This document shows, piece after piece, positions 49,141 through 57,328 of a stretch of 64,000 nt of DNA. The stretch spans positions 32,001 to 96,000 of the IMG/VR virus record IMGVR_UViG_3300042197_002234, one strand, 5' to 3'. A model generated the notes under the pieces. It had not been told where the DNA came from and ran no database searches. It worked only from the letters and a program-made list of their open reading frames with translations. Position 1 is the first letter of the stretch. Each line of letters starts with the position of its first letter. A program made the translations under genes and the position numbers. Origin of the DNA: a virus.

Positions 49141-49171
49141 TTTGGTGTTTATTTTTTTTTAGTTATCTTTG
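49141..49171 (+). promoter_or_regulatory. Bacteroidota-type sigma70 promoter, probably giving a leaderless mRNA
   Basis: TTTG at 49141-49144, a 19-nt spacer, TATCTTTG at 49164-49171, and ATG at 49176. Confidence 0.75.
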
Positions 49172-49175
49172 AAGT

Positions 49176-49757
49176 ATGAAAAACATCCTAACAATATTGT
49201 CAATCTTTTTGTTCAGTGTTCTTAACGCTCAAACAAGAAAAGACACTATTGGTAACAATCTTAATATTAAGTATCTTAATTCTTTATTGTTAGAGGTTAG
49301 TAATGAAATTACCAAAGACAGTGGTGTTACATACGTATATAATGACGTTGCTTTCAAATGTGCGGAATATCAATCTTCTTACTTGTCAGTAAACGCTAAA
49401 ATTCACAATCAAAATAAAAATTGGCATCGCAATTACAAAGAACATAGAGGAGTATTACTTAACAGTTTGTCAGATAGACAAAAATATTTTGACAAAAAAC
49501 AAACTTTAGGTTGTGCTGCGGAAAATTGTACTCTTAAATACTTAGACCCATCTATGACCTACGAAACTTTAGCGAAATCAACAATTCAAAACTTTCTTGA
49601 TTCTGAACCACACAAAAATGTTTTATTAGGTAAAATTATTAAACTAAAATTTTTAAGTTATTCTGCGACAGAAGGAACTTACACTTTTCATGATGGTGTT
49701 AGTGTTGTCACAAAAAAAGTTATTTTTGTTGTTGGTTATTTCAGTGAACCAAAATAA
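49176..49757 (+). CDS. Secreted CAP/SCP-like domain protein
   Basis: Signal peptide MKNILTILSIFLFSVLNA|Q; CAAEN...FLDSEPHKNVLL resembles the CAP motif GEN...W-x-x-S-x-G-H-x-x-N-I-L. Confidence 0.6.
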   Translation: MKNILTILSIFLFSVLNAQTRKDTIGNNLNIKYLNSLLLEVSNEITKDSGVTYVYNDVAFKCAEYQSSYLSVNAKIHNQNKNWHRNYKEHRGVLLNSLSDRQKYFDKKQTLGCAAENCTLKYLDPSMTYETLAKSTIQNFLDSEPHKNVLLGKIIKLKFLSYSATEGTYTFHDGVSVVTKKVIFVVGYFSEPK

Positions 49758-49783
49758 AAAAGGTGGTTAATACCACCTTTTTT
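49756..49783. terminator. Bidirectional intrinsic terminator
   Basis: A6-GGTGGT-TAAT-ACCACC-T6 between convergent genes. Confidence 0.85.
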
Positions 49784-49787
49784 ATTA

Positions 49788-50996
49788 TTATCTTAAATTA
49801 ATTGTTGTTAGTGTAAATTGTAAAACTCTAATATAATAATATTCATCTCTGGCAGCTACTAATACTGGTCTACCTTCAGTAACATATTTTGTACTTGATT
49901 CGGCTCTTGTGTCATAAACACCTTGTTTTTCTCTTGGATTTTGAAATTTACCGAAAGACAACCCCCCAATAAATAATTCGTCACCGCTTATATAAGCTTC
50001 AGGTGTTGTGTTTCCGTTTAATCCTGTACTGTAATCAAAAGTTGGTAATACATCATCACCTAAATCCTTAACATCTGTTTTTAATATACCTGTATTAGTA
50101 TTTGATAATCTTTTAGCGGGAACTACTCCACCGCCAAACTTTGTTAAATCAACAAAAGTTTCAATTTCAGGTATTGCTTCAGCGGGGATTTGGGTTCCTG
50201 AGGTGCCTTGTGTTTTTGTTGTTTTACTACCTAAATCCACACTAACTTCAGTACTTGATGGTTTTACTGTTACCATTCTAAATTCAGAACCCCTTTTATC
50301 TTGTTGGCCATAATAGTTTATACCTGTTTCATATTTAATTTTATTTGTAATATCTTGACCTGTTTTATCTAAAACGTCTTGTATAATTATTTTACCCAAC
50401 TCTTCACCTCTATTATCAGCTAAGTACTGATTCATTTTGCTTGGGTCAGTTTCACCAGCGTACGGTGGAGTGTCTGAATGGTCTAAAGAAGAATACCCTG
50501 AAGGAACATCCAATGTTGGTCTTGCGGAGTCGGCAGTTCCTTGAATTGTGAAAGTAGGTAATTTAGATGTATTAGCAACACTTAAAAAATCAACAATCTT
50601 TTTAATAAATTCGTCGTAAGCTGATTTAGCATCAGGATATCTATCAAATTTTGGTTTAACCATATTATCAGGATATGGAAACAAAGAATCTTTTAATTCT
50701 AATTCGGTAAAAATAGGTTCAGGGGTTTTTCCTGGTGGTGTATCAGGTGTGCTTTCACCTTTAGTACCTAATCTGATTCCACTAGTCATTAAGGTCATGT
50801 TGTATTCACCACCTTCGTATTCCACATTAGTTGCAACAACTCCTGAAGGGTTATTTAATTCAACATTACCTTTGGTTCCTCCTTTCCAATTAAAAGATAC
50901 TTTTTTTGATTTTTGTTCACTGACAACAACACCTCTTTGATAACCAAAAAGGTATTTCATGTTATATAATTCTTCAGTTAGTAATTTTTTTTCCAT
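49788..50996 (-). CDS. Protein with an LTE-type leader and an OmpA-C-like (peptidoglycan-binding) domain
   Basis: FTIQGTADS...NQYLADNRGEEL...FRMVTV parallels OmpA-C I-x-G-H-T-D...N-x-x-L-S-x-x-R-A...R-R-V-x-I. Confidence 0.55.
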   Translation of the reverse strand: MEKKLLTEELYNMKYLFGYQRGVVVSEQKSKKVSFNWKGGTKGNVELNNPSGVVATNVEYEGGEYNMTLMTSGIRLGTKGESTPDTPPGKTPEPIFTELELKDSLFPYPDNMVKPKFDRYPDAKSAYDEFIKKIVDFLSVANTSKLPTFTIQGTADSARPTLDVPSGYSSLDHSDTPPYAGETDPSKMNQYLADNRGEELGKIIIQDVLDKTGQDITNKIKYETGINYYGQQDKRGSEFRMVTVKPSSTEVSVDLGSKTTKTQGTSGTQIPAEAIPEIETFVDLTKFGGGVVPAKRLSNTNTGILKTDVKDLGDDVLPTFDYSTGLNGNTTPEAYISGDELFIGGLSFGKFQNPREKQGVYDTRAESSTKYVTEGRPVLVAARDEYYYIRVLQFTLTTINLR

Positions 50997-51008
50997 TTAT
51001 ATTATTTT

Positions 51009-51536
51009 TTAAACTTCATCAGATTTAAAAGATACTGCTGAACCTTGTTGTGTTCCACCTTGTTGTGTTCCATCTTGTTGTGTTCCACCTTGTTGTGTTC
51101 CACCTTGTTGTGTTCCACCTTGTTGTGTTCCATCTTGTGGTGTTCCTGTTGTCGGTGCTGATTGAGCTCCTGAAATAACACCACCACAAGCGGTAAACGC
51201 TGTAGTAGTTTTTGGACCCCAAATACCATCCTCAACTAATTTTGTTGGTAACTTATCAGTTGGGCATTTATCATTAATTTTTATCTGTACTTGTAAAACT
51301 TTATCTTTACACGCAGGTTTTTTATTTGCACCTAAACCAGCACAAGTTGCGGTTTTCCATCTTTCTGATGTTGTTCCACCTTGTGGTGTTTGTTGTGCTA
51401 CTGGTTGTTGTGCAGCTGGTTGTTGTGCAGCTGGTTGTTGTGCATCTTGTTGTTCTGATAATCTATTTTTAGCGGTAACGTGTAAATTTAAAATACGTTC
51501 TTTTTCAGATTCTGTTAAAATTATTCTTTTTTTCAT
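51009..51536 (-). CDS. Protein with an LTE-type leader, a PG_binding_1-like domain and Gln-rich repeats
   Basis: VLQVQIKIN...DGIWGPKTTTAF matches V-x-x-L-Q...D-G-x-F-G-x-x-T-x-x-A. QQPAA and QQGGT repeats. Confidence 0.65.
   Translation of the reverse strand: MKKRIILTESEKERILNLHVTAKNRLSEQQDAQQPAAQQPAAQQPVAQQTPQGGTTSERWKTATCAGLGANKKPACKDKVLQVQIKINDKCPTDKLPTKLVEDGIWGPKTTTAFTACGGVISGAQSAPTTGTPQDGTQQGGTQQGGTQQGGTQQDGTQQGGTQQGSAVSFKSDEV
51046..51146 (-). repeat. 15-nt tandem repeat (six units plus a partial unit) encoding QQGGT/QQDGT
   Basis: TGTTGTGTTCCACCT units on the + strand; two units carry a C>T variant. Confidence 0.95.
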
Positions 51537-51540
51537 TTTA

Positions 51541-52281
51541 TTATGAGGTTAAATATTTGTCCAAATCAGCATCAGTTGGTACTGAAGCTTTTGGTTTAGT
51601 TGTTCCTGCGGTCGCACCAGATGAAGCTGCGGTTTTAAATTCTTTATCATTACAAGTGTAGTTTAATACTTGCTTTGTTGTAATGTCACCTTTTCTTCCA
51701 TTACCAAAGTATCTAAAATTACCAATAACAAATGAACCATTTGATTCCATTTTAATACGCTTCTTATTGGCTAATGTTGGTACACATGGGAAATTTTTGA
51801 ATGTTTCCTCAGCACTTTTTGAAGCCGCTGGTGCTGGGGTTACTTTAGGTACAGTAATTTTAATTGAATTTTCTTTAAAAATATCATTACCACTACTATC
51901 AACATCATCTTGGTAGGTCATTGTAATTCCAATACTTTTTAGGTGATTATAAATTTGTTCAACGTAACTTAAATCGTCGGTACCAAACTCACCATTCAAT
52001 ATATTAACAATTGTTATATACTCACCCATACCATAAGCGGGAATTAAACCATTAACCAAATTAAACATATTACCGTCTTTAATTTCCTGTATTGCAGCAA
52101 CAATTGCGTCCTCATCAGTACCCATACCTACAGCCGCTTTAGCCATTTTGGCAGCAATTCTTTTAGCTGATTTGGTTAATTCATCACTTTGTTCGGTTAA
52201 ATATTGATTTTTTGTGGCAGTTTCATGAAGATTTAAAATTCTATTTCTCTCATCTTCATTTATTAAAAATAAATTTTTCAT
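51541..52281 (-). CDS. Protein with an INE/LTE-type leader and an annexin-like repeat
   Basis: AAKMAKAAVGMGTDEDAIVAAI...IVNILNGEFG compared with the annexin consensus A-x-x-L-x-K-A-M-K-G-x-G-T-D-E-x-x-I-I...L-x-x-E-L-S. Confidence 0.65.
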   Translation of the reverse strand: MKNLFLINEDERNRILNLHETATKNQYLTEQSDELTKSAKRIAAKMAKAAVGMGTDEDAIVAAIQEIKDGNMFNLVNGLIPAYGMGEYITIVNILNGEFGTDDLSYVEQIYNHLKSIGITMTYQDDVDSSGNDIFKENSIKITVPKVTPAPAASKSAEETFKNFPCVPTLANKKRIKMESNGSFVIGNFRYFGNGRKGDITTKQVLNYTCNDKEFKTAASSGATAGTTKPKASVPTDADLDKYLTS

Positions 52282-52331
52282 TTTTTACTAGTTTTTATTA
52301 TATAAATATCACACAATCCAAAAAAAAGTCG

Positions 52332-52339
52332 TATCTTTG
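52332..52339 (+). promoter_or_regulatory. Bacteroidota -7 promoter element
   Basis: TATCTTTG equals TAnnTTTG. No clear -33 TTTG. No ORF downstream, only a structured element. Confidence 0.55.
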
Positions 52340-52343
52340 TATT

Positions 52344-52453
52344 GTAATTAAAGGAAACGATTCAGATACAAGATATTTAATTACGTTGTCAGGGCGAAAG
52401 AATCCTGATTTAAACAGGGAAGGAACGATTCAGATACAACCCCCTGTTTTTTT
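52344..52453 (+). ncRNA. Candidate ~110-nt structured small RNA with three hairpins
   Basis: Stems 52344-52352/52376-52384, 52389-52393/52404-52408 and 52412-52419/52442-52449, then a T-run. An identical 16-mer AACGATTCAGATACAA lies in loops 1 and 3. Confidence 0.55.
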
Positions 52454-52865
52454 ACACCCAAATTACAACTTGGTCTTTACCAACCCTAAATGGATTGTCA
52501 TATGATTCCCTAAAAACTGTTGTAATATATAGTTTCCAATATAAACCCATTTCTTGGTTTGGAACTACTGACATAGCCATTGCCTTTTCGGGTGATTTAA
52601 TAACAAAGGCCTCGCCTTCAGTAATGTCTCCTGATATAATTTTTTCAGCAATTTCATTTCTTGCTTGTTGAACAATATAACTTATTTCACCATTAGAGAT
52701 TTCTCTCTCGTCATAATTTTCAATACCCTCTCTTTTTCTTCTAAGGTAGGCGTGGTGTGTTCTGTCAATATCAAATGCAAAGGTAACTTCGATATTTGCT
52801 GATATTTGAGCAATCCTTTTTTCTAACAAAAGAGATTCCTTGATTAATTGACGTAATAGATTCAT
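52452..52865 (-). CDS. Hypothetical protein with an IKE/LLE leader; possible small RNase-type (BECR-like) fold
   Basis: THHAYLRRKRE...ISNGEI...YITTVF weakly recalls the DUF4258/colicin-E5-like pattern HA-x-x-R...I-T-V-Y. Confidence 0.55.
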   Translation of the reverse strand: MNLLRQLIKESLLLEKRIAQISANIEVTFAFDIDRTHHAYLRRKREGIENYDEREISNGEISYIVQQARNEIAEKIISGDITEGEAFVIKSPEKAMAMSVVPNQEMGLYWKLYITTVFRESYDNPFRVGKDQVVIWV

Positions 52866-52885
52866 TACATATAAATACTTTTAAA

Positions 52886-53563
52886 CTAAGTTTTGTTTGA
52901 TTTTCGAATATTTTCCTCGCCCCACAATGGTTGGAGGTTTTCTAATGACCAACATTTCATAAATTCTTCGTCCCCAATTTCTACTATATTATGGACAGAA
53001 ATGGGTGTTATATGGTCAACATGCCAATCACCATAGTTATCCCATGTCATACCGTCTTTAAATTGTTTTTCTAAGTGATTAATAAGTTCTTCAGGTGTAT
53101 ATTTTAGAATATCAAAATAATGTCCGTTTTTTTGAACATTGTTTTCTTTTAATACCTGATAAATAGCGGTTCTAAAATTATTGATTAGTTTATAGATGGG
53201 GTCAGTATCTTTACGATGTTTTTCGTACTTACGTTTATAATCTCTATGTTTATCAATATTTTTTTCTCTCCATTGTTTATGATACTCATTAAGACGTTCT
53301 CTATTTTCTTTAGACCATTTTTGGTGACTTTCTGAAAGTCGTGTTTTATTTTTTTCTCTATATTTTTTATCGGCAACTTTTTTACCGCCTAAAAACTTTC
53401 TTCCACTACCTTTAATAACCACCCCATTTTCTTTTAATATTCTACTTATGGTAAAAGTGGACCAATTAAATTTTTCAGATATTTCGCGTAATCCTTTAAG
53501 TTCATCGACAAACATTACTTTAATTTCATTAATTTCTTTCTCAGTTGGGGTAATCTTTTTCAT
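52886..53563 (-). CDS. Free-standing HNH-type homing endonuclease with an N-terminal HTH
   Basis: WHVDHITP...CWSLENLQPLWGEENIRKSNK. Start placed at MKKIT, 5 nt after TATTTAT. Confidence 0.8.
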   Translation of the reverse strand: MKKITPTEKEINEIKVMFVDELKGLREISEKFNWSTFTISRILKENGVVIKGSGRKFLGGKKVADKKYREKNKTRLSESHQKWSKENRERLNEYHKQWREKNIDKHRDYKRKYEKHRKDTDPIYKLINNFRTAIYQVLKENNVQKNGHYFDILKYTPEELINHLEKQFKDGMTWDNYGDWHVDHITPISVHNIVEIGDEEFMKCWSLENLQPLWGEENIRKSNKT

Positions 53564-53617
53564 ATAATATAAATATAATATATTATTACAAAAAAACAAC
53601 TATTTAATTTTATATAT

Positions 53618-53647
53618 AAAAAAAGGTCAGATTTCTCTGACCTTTTT
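53618..53647 (-). terminator. Intrinsic terminator after the major capsid gene
   Basis: AAAAAGGTCAG-ATTTCT-CTGACCTTTTT inverted repeat. Confidence 0.85.
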
Positions 53648-53668
53648 AAGATTTATTTAAGGGTTTGA

Positions 53669-55522
53669 TTATCTCAATTCTCTTAAATCAAATGTACGAA
53701 CTCCATCAACGGTAATACGTGCGTAGAAGCGGTTGTTCACCATTTTTTTCGCGTATCTCGTCATTATACCTTTTATTGGAGTAAAGTTAAATGGATTGTA
53801 CATTGTAGGAGTTAATTGTAGAGGTACATACGGTGCGTAGATGTAACCTGTGTCTAACAATGACGTTCCTTTGTGTCCAATTAACACTTGGTTAGCTGGG
53901 AAGTAAGGGTCACGGTAAACTTGGTAACGACCTGCTAATGTACCAACTCTTTCAATACCCATGTTGTATTGGTCTTGCTCAGGAGATGCGTTAGATACGT
54001 GGAAGTATTCTAAATCATCAAAGATTGCAGAAACCTCAGATGATACAACAATCCAGTTAGCTCCACCACGAAGTGTTGACTTGTGAATTTGAGCTGACAA
54101 TTGGTTGATAGCTGTAATCAATGTTTGGTTCCAGTCTTTCTGAGTGTAAGAAGTAGTTTGAGAAATTCTTCTCCAACCGTTGTAGTCCCAACGTAGGTTC
54201 CAAGCCGCACCTTTACGTAAGTCACGTAAAATTTCACGGTCAATCTCAGCTGCTACTTGCTCAGATAACAATGCTGTTAACTCAGCTTCAGCGTCGATGT
54301 TATGGAATGCTGCTACGTCTTGAGCCAATTCAGGAGACCATTGTGCTCTTAGTTTTCTTTCTGTTACAGAAACTGTAACTGACTCAAGGTCGAAAGAAAC
54401 TTCACCAATTTTGTCTTCGAATTCTAACTCTTCGTAACGTCTCCATGCTGCGTAGAATGAACTTGAAGTTAAACCTGTCGAAATTGTAGTACCAGTGTAA
54501 CCATCCAAAGATGTTGAGTTACAATCAGCACATACTGGACAAGATAAATCTACTTCCAAGTAAATACAACCATCTGCAGAACAGATATTTTTAAATGAAC
54601 CACCATTACCTGTTGAAGGCCATGATGTAGTTACTGTGTTACCGTATTGAACGATACCTTGACCATATTGTTGAGTAACAACTCTGAACAACAATGGACC
54701 TGTAGATACTGTACAAGGTGAGCCTTCAGCAACTGTTAAACCAGCACCTGTAAAGATAATTAAGTTAGACAAGAACTCTTCTGTGTCCATTTCATTACCA
54801 TTAGGTCCGATTAATTTACCAGCACCTGTGTCAGCGAAACCACACATTTTAACGATAACTTTTCTTGTGTTACCTGAAGCGATAAGACCACTACCATCAG
54901 TTGTACCCGAAATAATCGCATCTTCTAAGTTACCGTTACTCCATTTTTGGATTGAGGTTGTTGCTGTGATAGCTGACCAACGACCTTTAGAATAATCGAA
55001 TAAACCTGCTGGGTCTAAACCTGGTTCAGTTCCTTCGTAGAATAAATCGTAAAGGTTTTTAGAGAATGGTGCTCCACTGTTATAACCCGCTGCTGGGTCA
55101 CCAGGATAGTTACCAGGAGAACCTACAGGTGCGTAGTGGTCACCTGAAGATACATCACTCCACTGAGTGTTAGTACCACCACTGTAACCTTGAATTTTAG
55201 GTACGAAGTAGAACAATTTACCGATAGGTAAGTTCATTGCTTGTACAGAAACGATATCGTTTGCTAACAACTTAGAAAACACACGTCTAACGATTGGGAA
55301 AACCACAGTTTCAAAAGAACCTGAAGAACCGTCAGAAGTTGCTTCGTTAATCAAGAAGCTAGCTTGGTTTTCATAAAGCTGAGCTACGTTTTCTTTTAGG
55401 TGGCCTTTAAGACCTTCAAGGAACCCTAATTTGTCCCATTTGTTAATTGTATCTTCTTTGATAACTTTAAGGTGCTTAAGACCGATGTTACCAACAAGAC
55501 CTGATTCTAATAATGCTCCCAT
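53669..55522 (-). CDS. gp23: Major capsid protein, T4 gp23-like, with a large insertion
   Basis: VQAMNLPIGKLFY, RKLRAQWSPELAQD, LSEQVAAEIDREI, YAPYVPL, FTPIKGIMTRYA. Confidence 0.95.
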   Translation of the reverse strand: MGALLESGLVGNIGLKHLKVIKEDTINKWDKLGFLEGLKGHLKENVAQLYENQASFLINEATSDGSSGSFETVVFPIVRRVFSKLLANDIVSVQAMNLPIGKLFYFVPKIQGYSGGTNTQWSDVSSGDHYAPVGSPGNYPGDPAAGYNSGAPFSKNLYDLFYEGTEPGLDPAGLFDYSKGRWSAITATTSIQKWSNGNLEDAIISGTTDGSGLIASGNTRKVIVKMCGFADTGAGKLIGPNGNEMDTEEFLSNLIIFTGAGLTVAEGSPCTVSTGPLLFRVVTQQYGQGIVQYGNTVTTSWPSTGNGGSFKNICSADGCIYLEVDLSCPVCADCNSTSLDGYTGTTISTGLTSSSFYAAWRRYEELEFEDKIGEVSFDLESVTVSVTERKLRAQWSPELAQDVAAFHNIDAEAELTALLSEQVAAEIDREILRDLRKGAAWNLRWDYNGWRRISQTTSYTQKDWNQTLITAINQLSAQIHKSTLRGGANWIVVSSEVSAIFDDLEYFHVSNASPEQDQYNMGIERVGTLAGRYQVYRDPYFPANQVLIGHKGTSLLDTGYIYAPYVPLQLTPTMYNPFNFTPIKGIMTRYAKKMVNNRFYARITVDGVRTFDLRELR

Positions 55523-55559
55523 TTTTTTGGTTTTTTATTAATTTTTGTTTAGTTTATTT

Positions 55560-57164
55560 TTATTTTATTTTTGCCATTAAATCTTTCATTCTTAAGAACT
55601 GAGGATTTTCATAAGTTTTAGACTCAATCAAGCTAACCGCTGAACCTGTTACTTGAACGTTTTCAATTTTACGCTCAATAGATTCGTTCATTGGTTGACT
55701 TGTCTTAACTGAAAGTTCATCTTTAATGGTCTTGTAAAGATTCTTAGATTCTTTTAGAGACTCAACACCGTCAAATCTTCTCAAGATGTTAATTTTTTCT
55801 TGTTTAGATGTTGAATGTTCAGTGAACAAACGAGTTGCGTATGCTAAGTTTGAGTTAAATACTGCAACTTCATTTAATTTATTTCTGAACACGTTAAGTG
55901 CTTTTCTGTACTCTTCATTTTTCTCTCTAAGAATTTGTACTTCTTTAGCGGTACTTTCGAAAGTTAAGTTTCTATTAGGAGTGATTGCTTTTCTTAAACC
56001 ACGACCTGATTTAGAACCGTTTCCGTAAGTTCTTGCCGCCTCTTTGGTTTCATCCTTTTTAACGGTTTTCATTTTACCGTCCATGTTTTCACCTTCTTTG
56101 TATTCAAATTTTGCCTTACCTGTACCCATGGTTTTGTTAACTTTTTTCTTAATAGTTTTAAAACCACCTTCCATGTTAGGTTTGTTAGAATACACTTTTC
56201 TTTTATTTGGACTACCCATTCCGACACCTTTAGGTTTTACTGTCATTTTAGATTCCATAACGTCATCTAAAGCTTCAACATCACCTTCTTCCATTTCATA
56301 GTCTTTGTAGTGACCATCAACGTCACCCATTTTGCGACCACCTCTTCTCTTGAAGTCGTGTTTGTTTCCACCATATTCACCTTCTTCCATGTCTTCCATT
56401 TCGTCCATTTCGATTTCGTATACAATTTCTTCTCCGTCAGACTCTTCCTCATAAAACATACCACCAGGTCTGTCTTCTTCAGGTTGTGATGGTAAGTCCA
56501 TATAATCATCCATATCATCTATGTCCATGTAATCCATGTTCATATCATCCATGTCGTCCATACCATATTCGTCGTCATCACTCATGAATACTCTTTCAAC
56601 GATATCTTCAATTGACTCTTCGCCTTCCTCAACATCGTACATTTCAGAAAATTCTTCTTCCATGTCTCCATAATCAACACCTTCCATTTCTTCCATGTCA
56701 CCAGTGTAGTCGTCATCATCACCTTCACCAACAATCATGTATTCTTTACCTTCATCTTTAAGATTAATGTTTCCAGCATCATCCTTTACAACAACAATGT
56801 TGTCTTCAGGACCTGCTAAAGAAAATACACGTAAGATTTCATCTTCATCTTCAATGCCAGTTAGGTCGATAGTGTCTTCCTCATCACCCATGTCCATGTC
56901 CATTTCGGTGTCCATGTCAAGTTCGTCGTTATCAGTATCCATTTCGTCACCTTCCATGTCATCCATTTCAGGTTCTTCCATTTCAACGTCTGTGTCAATC
57001 TCCATATCGTCTTCTTCTTGTTCAGACAGAGATTCTTTTACTAATTCTTTGATTTCTTCCTTCATTGTTGAAGCAAGTATTCCTTTTGCATTTTCAGCAA
57101 CCGCTTCTTCCAAGTTTTTCATTTGGATGATTGCTTCTTCTACTAAAGATTTTTCTTTTGCCAT
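55560..57164 (-). CDS. Prohead core scaffold protein, gp22-like, highly acidic
   Basis: Lies immediately upstream of the MCP. Asp/Glu/Met-rich middle and coiled-coil C-terminus (NLAYATRLF...ILRRFD). Start placed at MAKEK. Confidence 0.8.
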   Translation of the reverse strand: MAKEKSLVEEAIIQMKNLEEAVAENAKGILASTMKEEIKELVKESLSEQEEDDMEIDTDVEMEEPEMDDMEGDEMDTDNDELDMDTEMDMDMGDEEDTIDLTGIEDEDEILRVFSLAGPEDNIVVVKDDAGNINLKDEGKEYMIVGEGDDDDYTGDMEEMEGVDYGDMEEEFSEMYDVEEGEESIEDIVERVFMSDDDEYGMDDMDDMNMDYMDIDDMDDYMDLPSQPEEDRPGGMFYEEESDGEEIVYEIEMDEMEDMEEGEYGGNKHDFKRRGGRKMGDVDGHYKDYEMEEGDVEALDDVMESKMTVKPKGVGMGSPNKRKVYSNKPNMEGGFKTIKKKVNKTMGTGKAKFEYKEGENMDGKMKTVKKDETKEAARTYGNGSKSGRGLRKAITPNRNLTFESTAKEVQILREKNEEYRKALNVFRNKLNEVAVFNSNLAYATRLFTEHSTSKQEKINILRRFDGVESLKESKNLYKTIKDELSVKTSQPMNESIERKIENVQVTGSAVSLIESKTYENPQFLRMKDLMAKIK

Positions 57165-57278
57165 AATTTGTTTATATTTTAATATATAAATATTACCATT
57201 TAGCAAAAAAGTTTAATTATCACTATTTTGATAAATGGTTTTTTATATACAATAAATATTTCCAAATTCACAAAAAAT

Positions 57279-57304
57279 AAAAAAGGGGACTATTGTCCCC
57301 TTTT
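57279..57304 (-). terminator. Intrinsic terminator
   Basis: AAAAGGGGAC-TATT-GTCCCCTTTT. Confidence 0.8.
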
Positions 57305-57328
57305 AATTATTGAAAATAATTGAAATTA

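Noticed and set aside
52351-52440. Possible CRISPR mini-array
   Set aside because: There are only two 16-21 nt copies, each sitting in a hairpin loop rather than being palindromic itself, and no cas genes in the window. Kept as an sRNA candidate instead.
31415-57206. Upstream starts given by the track at 31415, 34435, 41790, 46738, 53599 and 57206
   Set aside because: Downstream ATGs (31457, 34447, 41814, 46762, 53563, 57164) fit gene coupling or the upstream TATTTAT motif better. The extensions translate AT-rich leader sequence.
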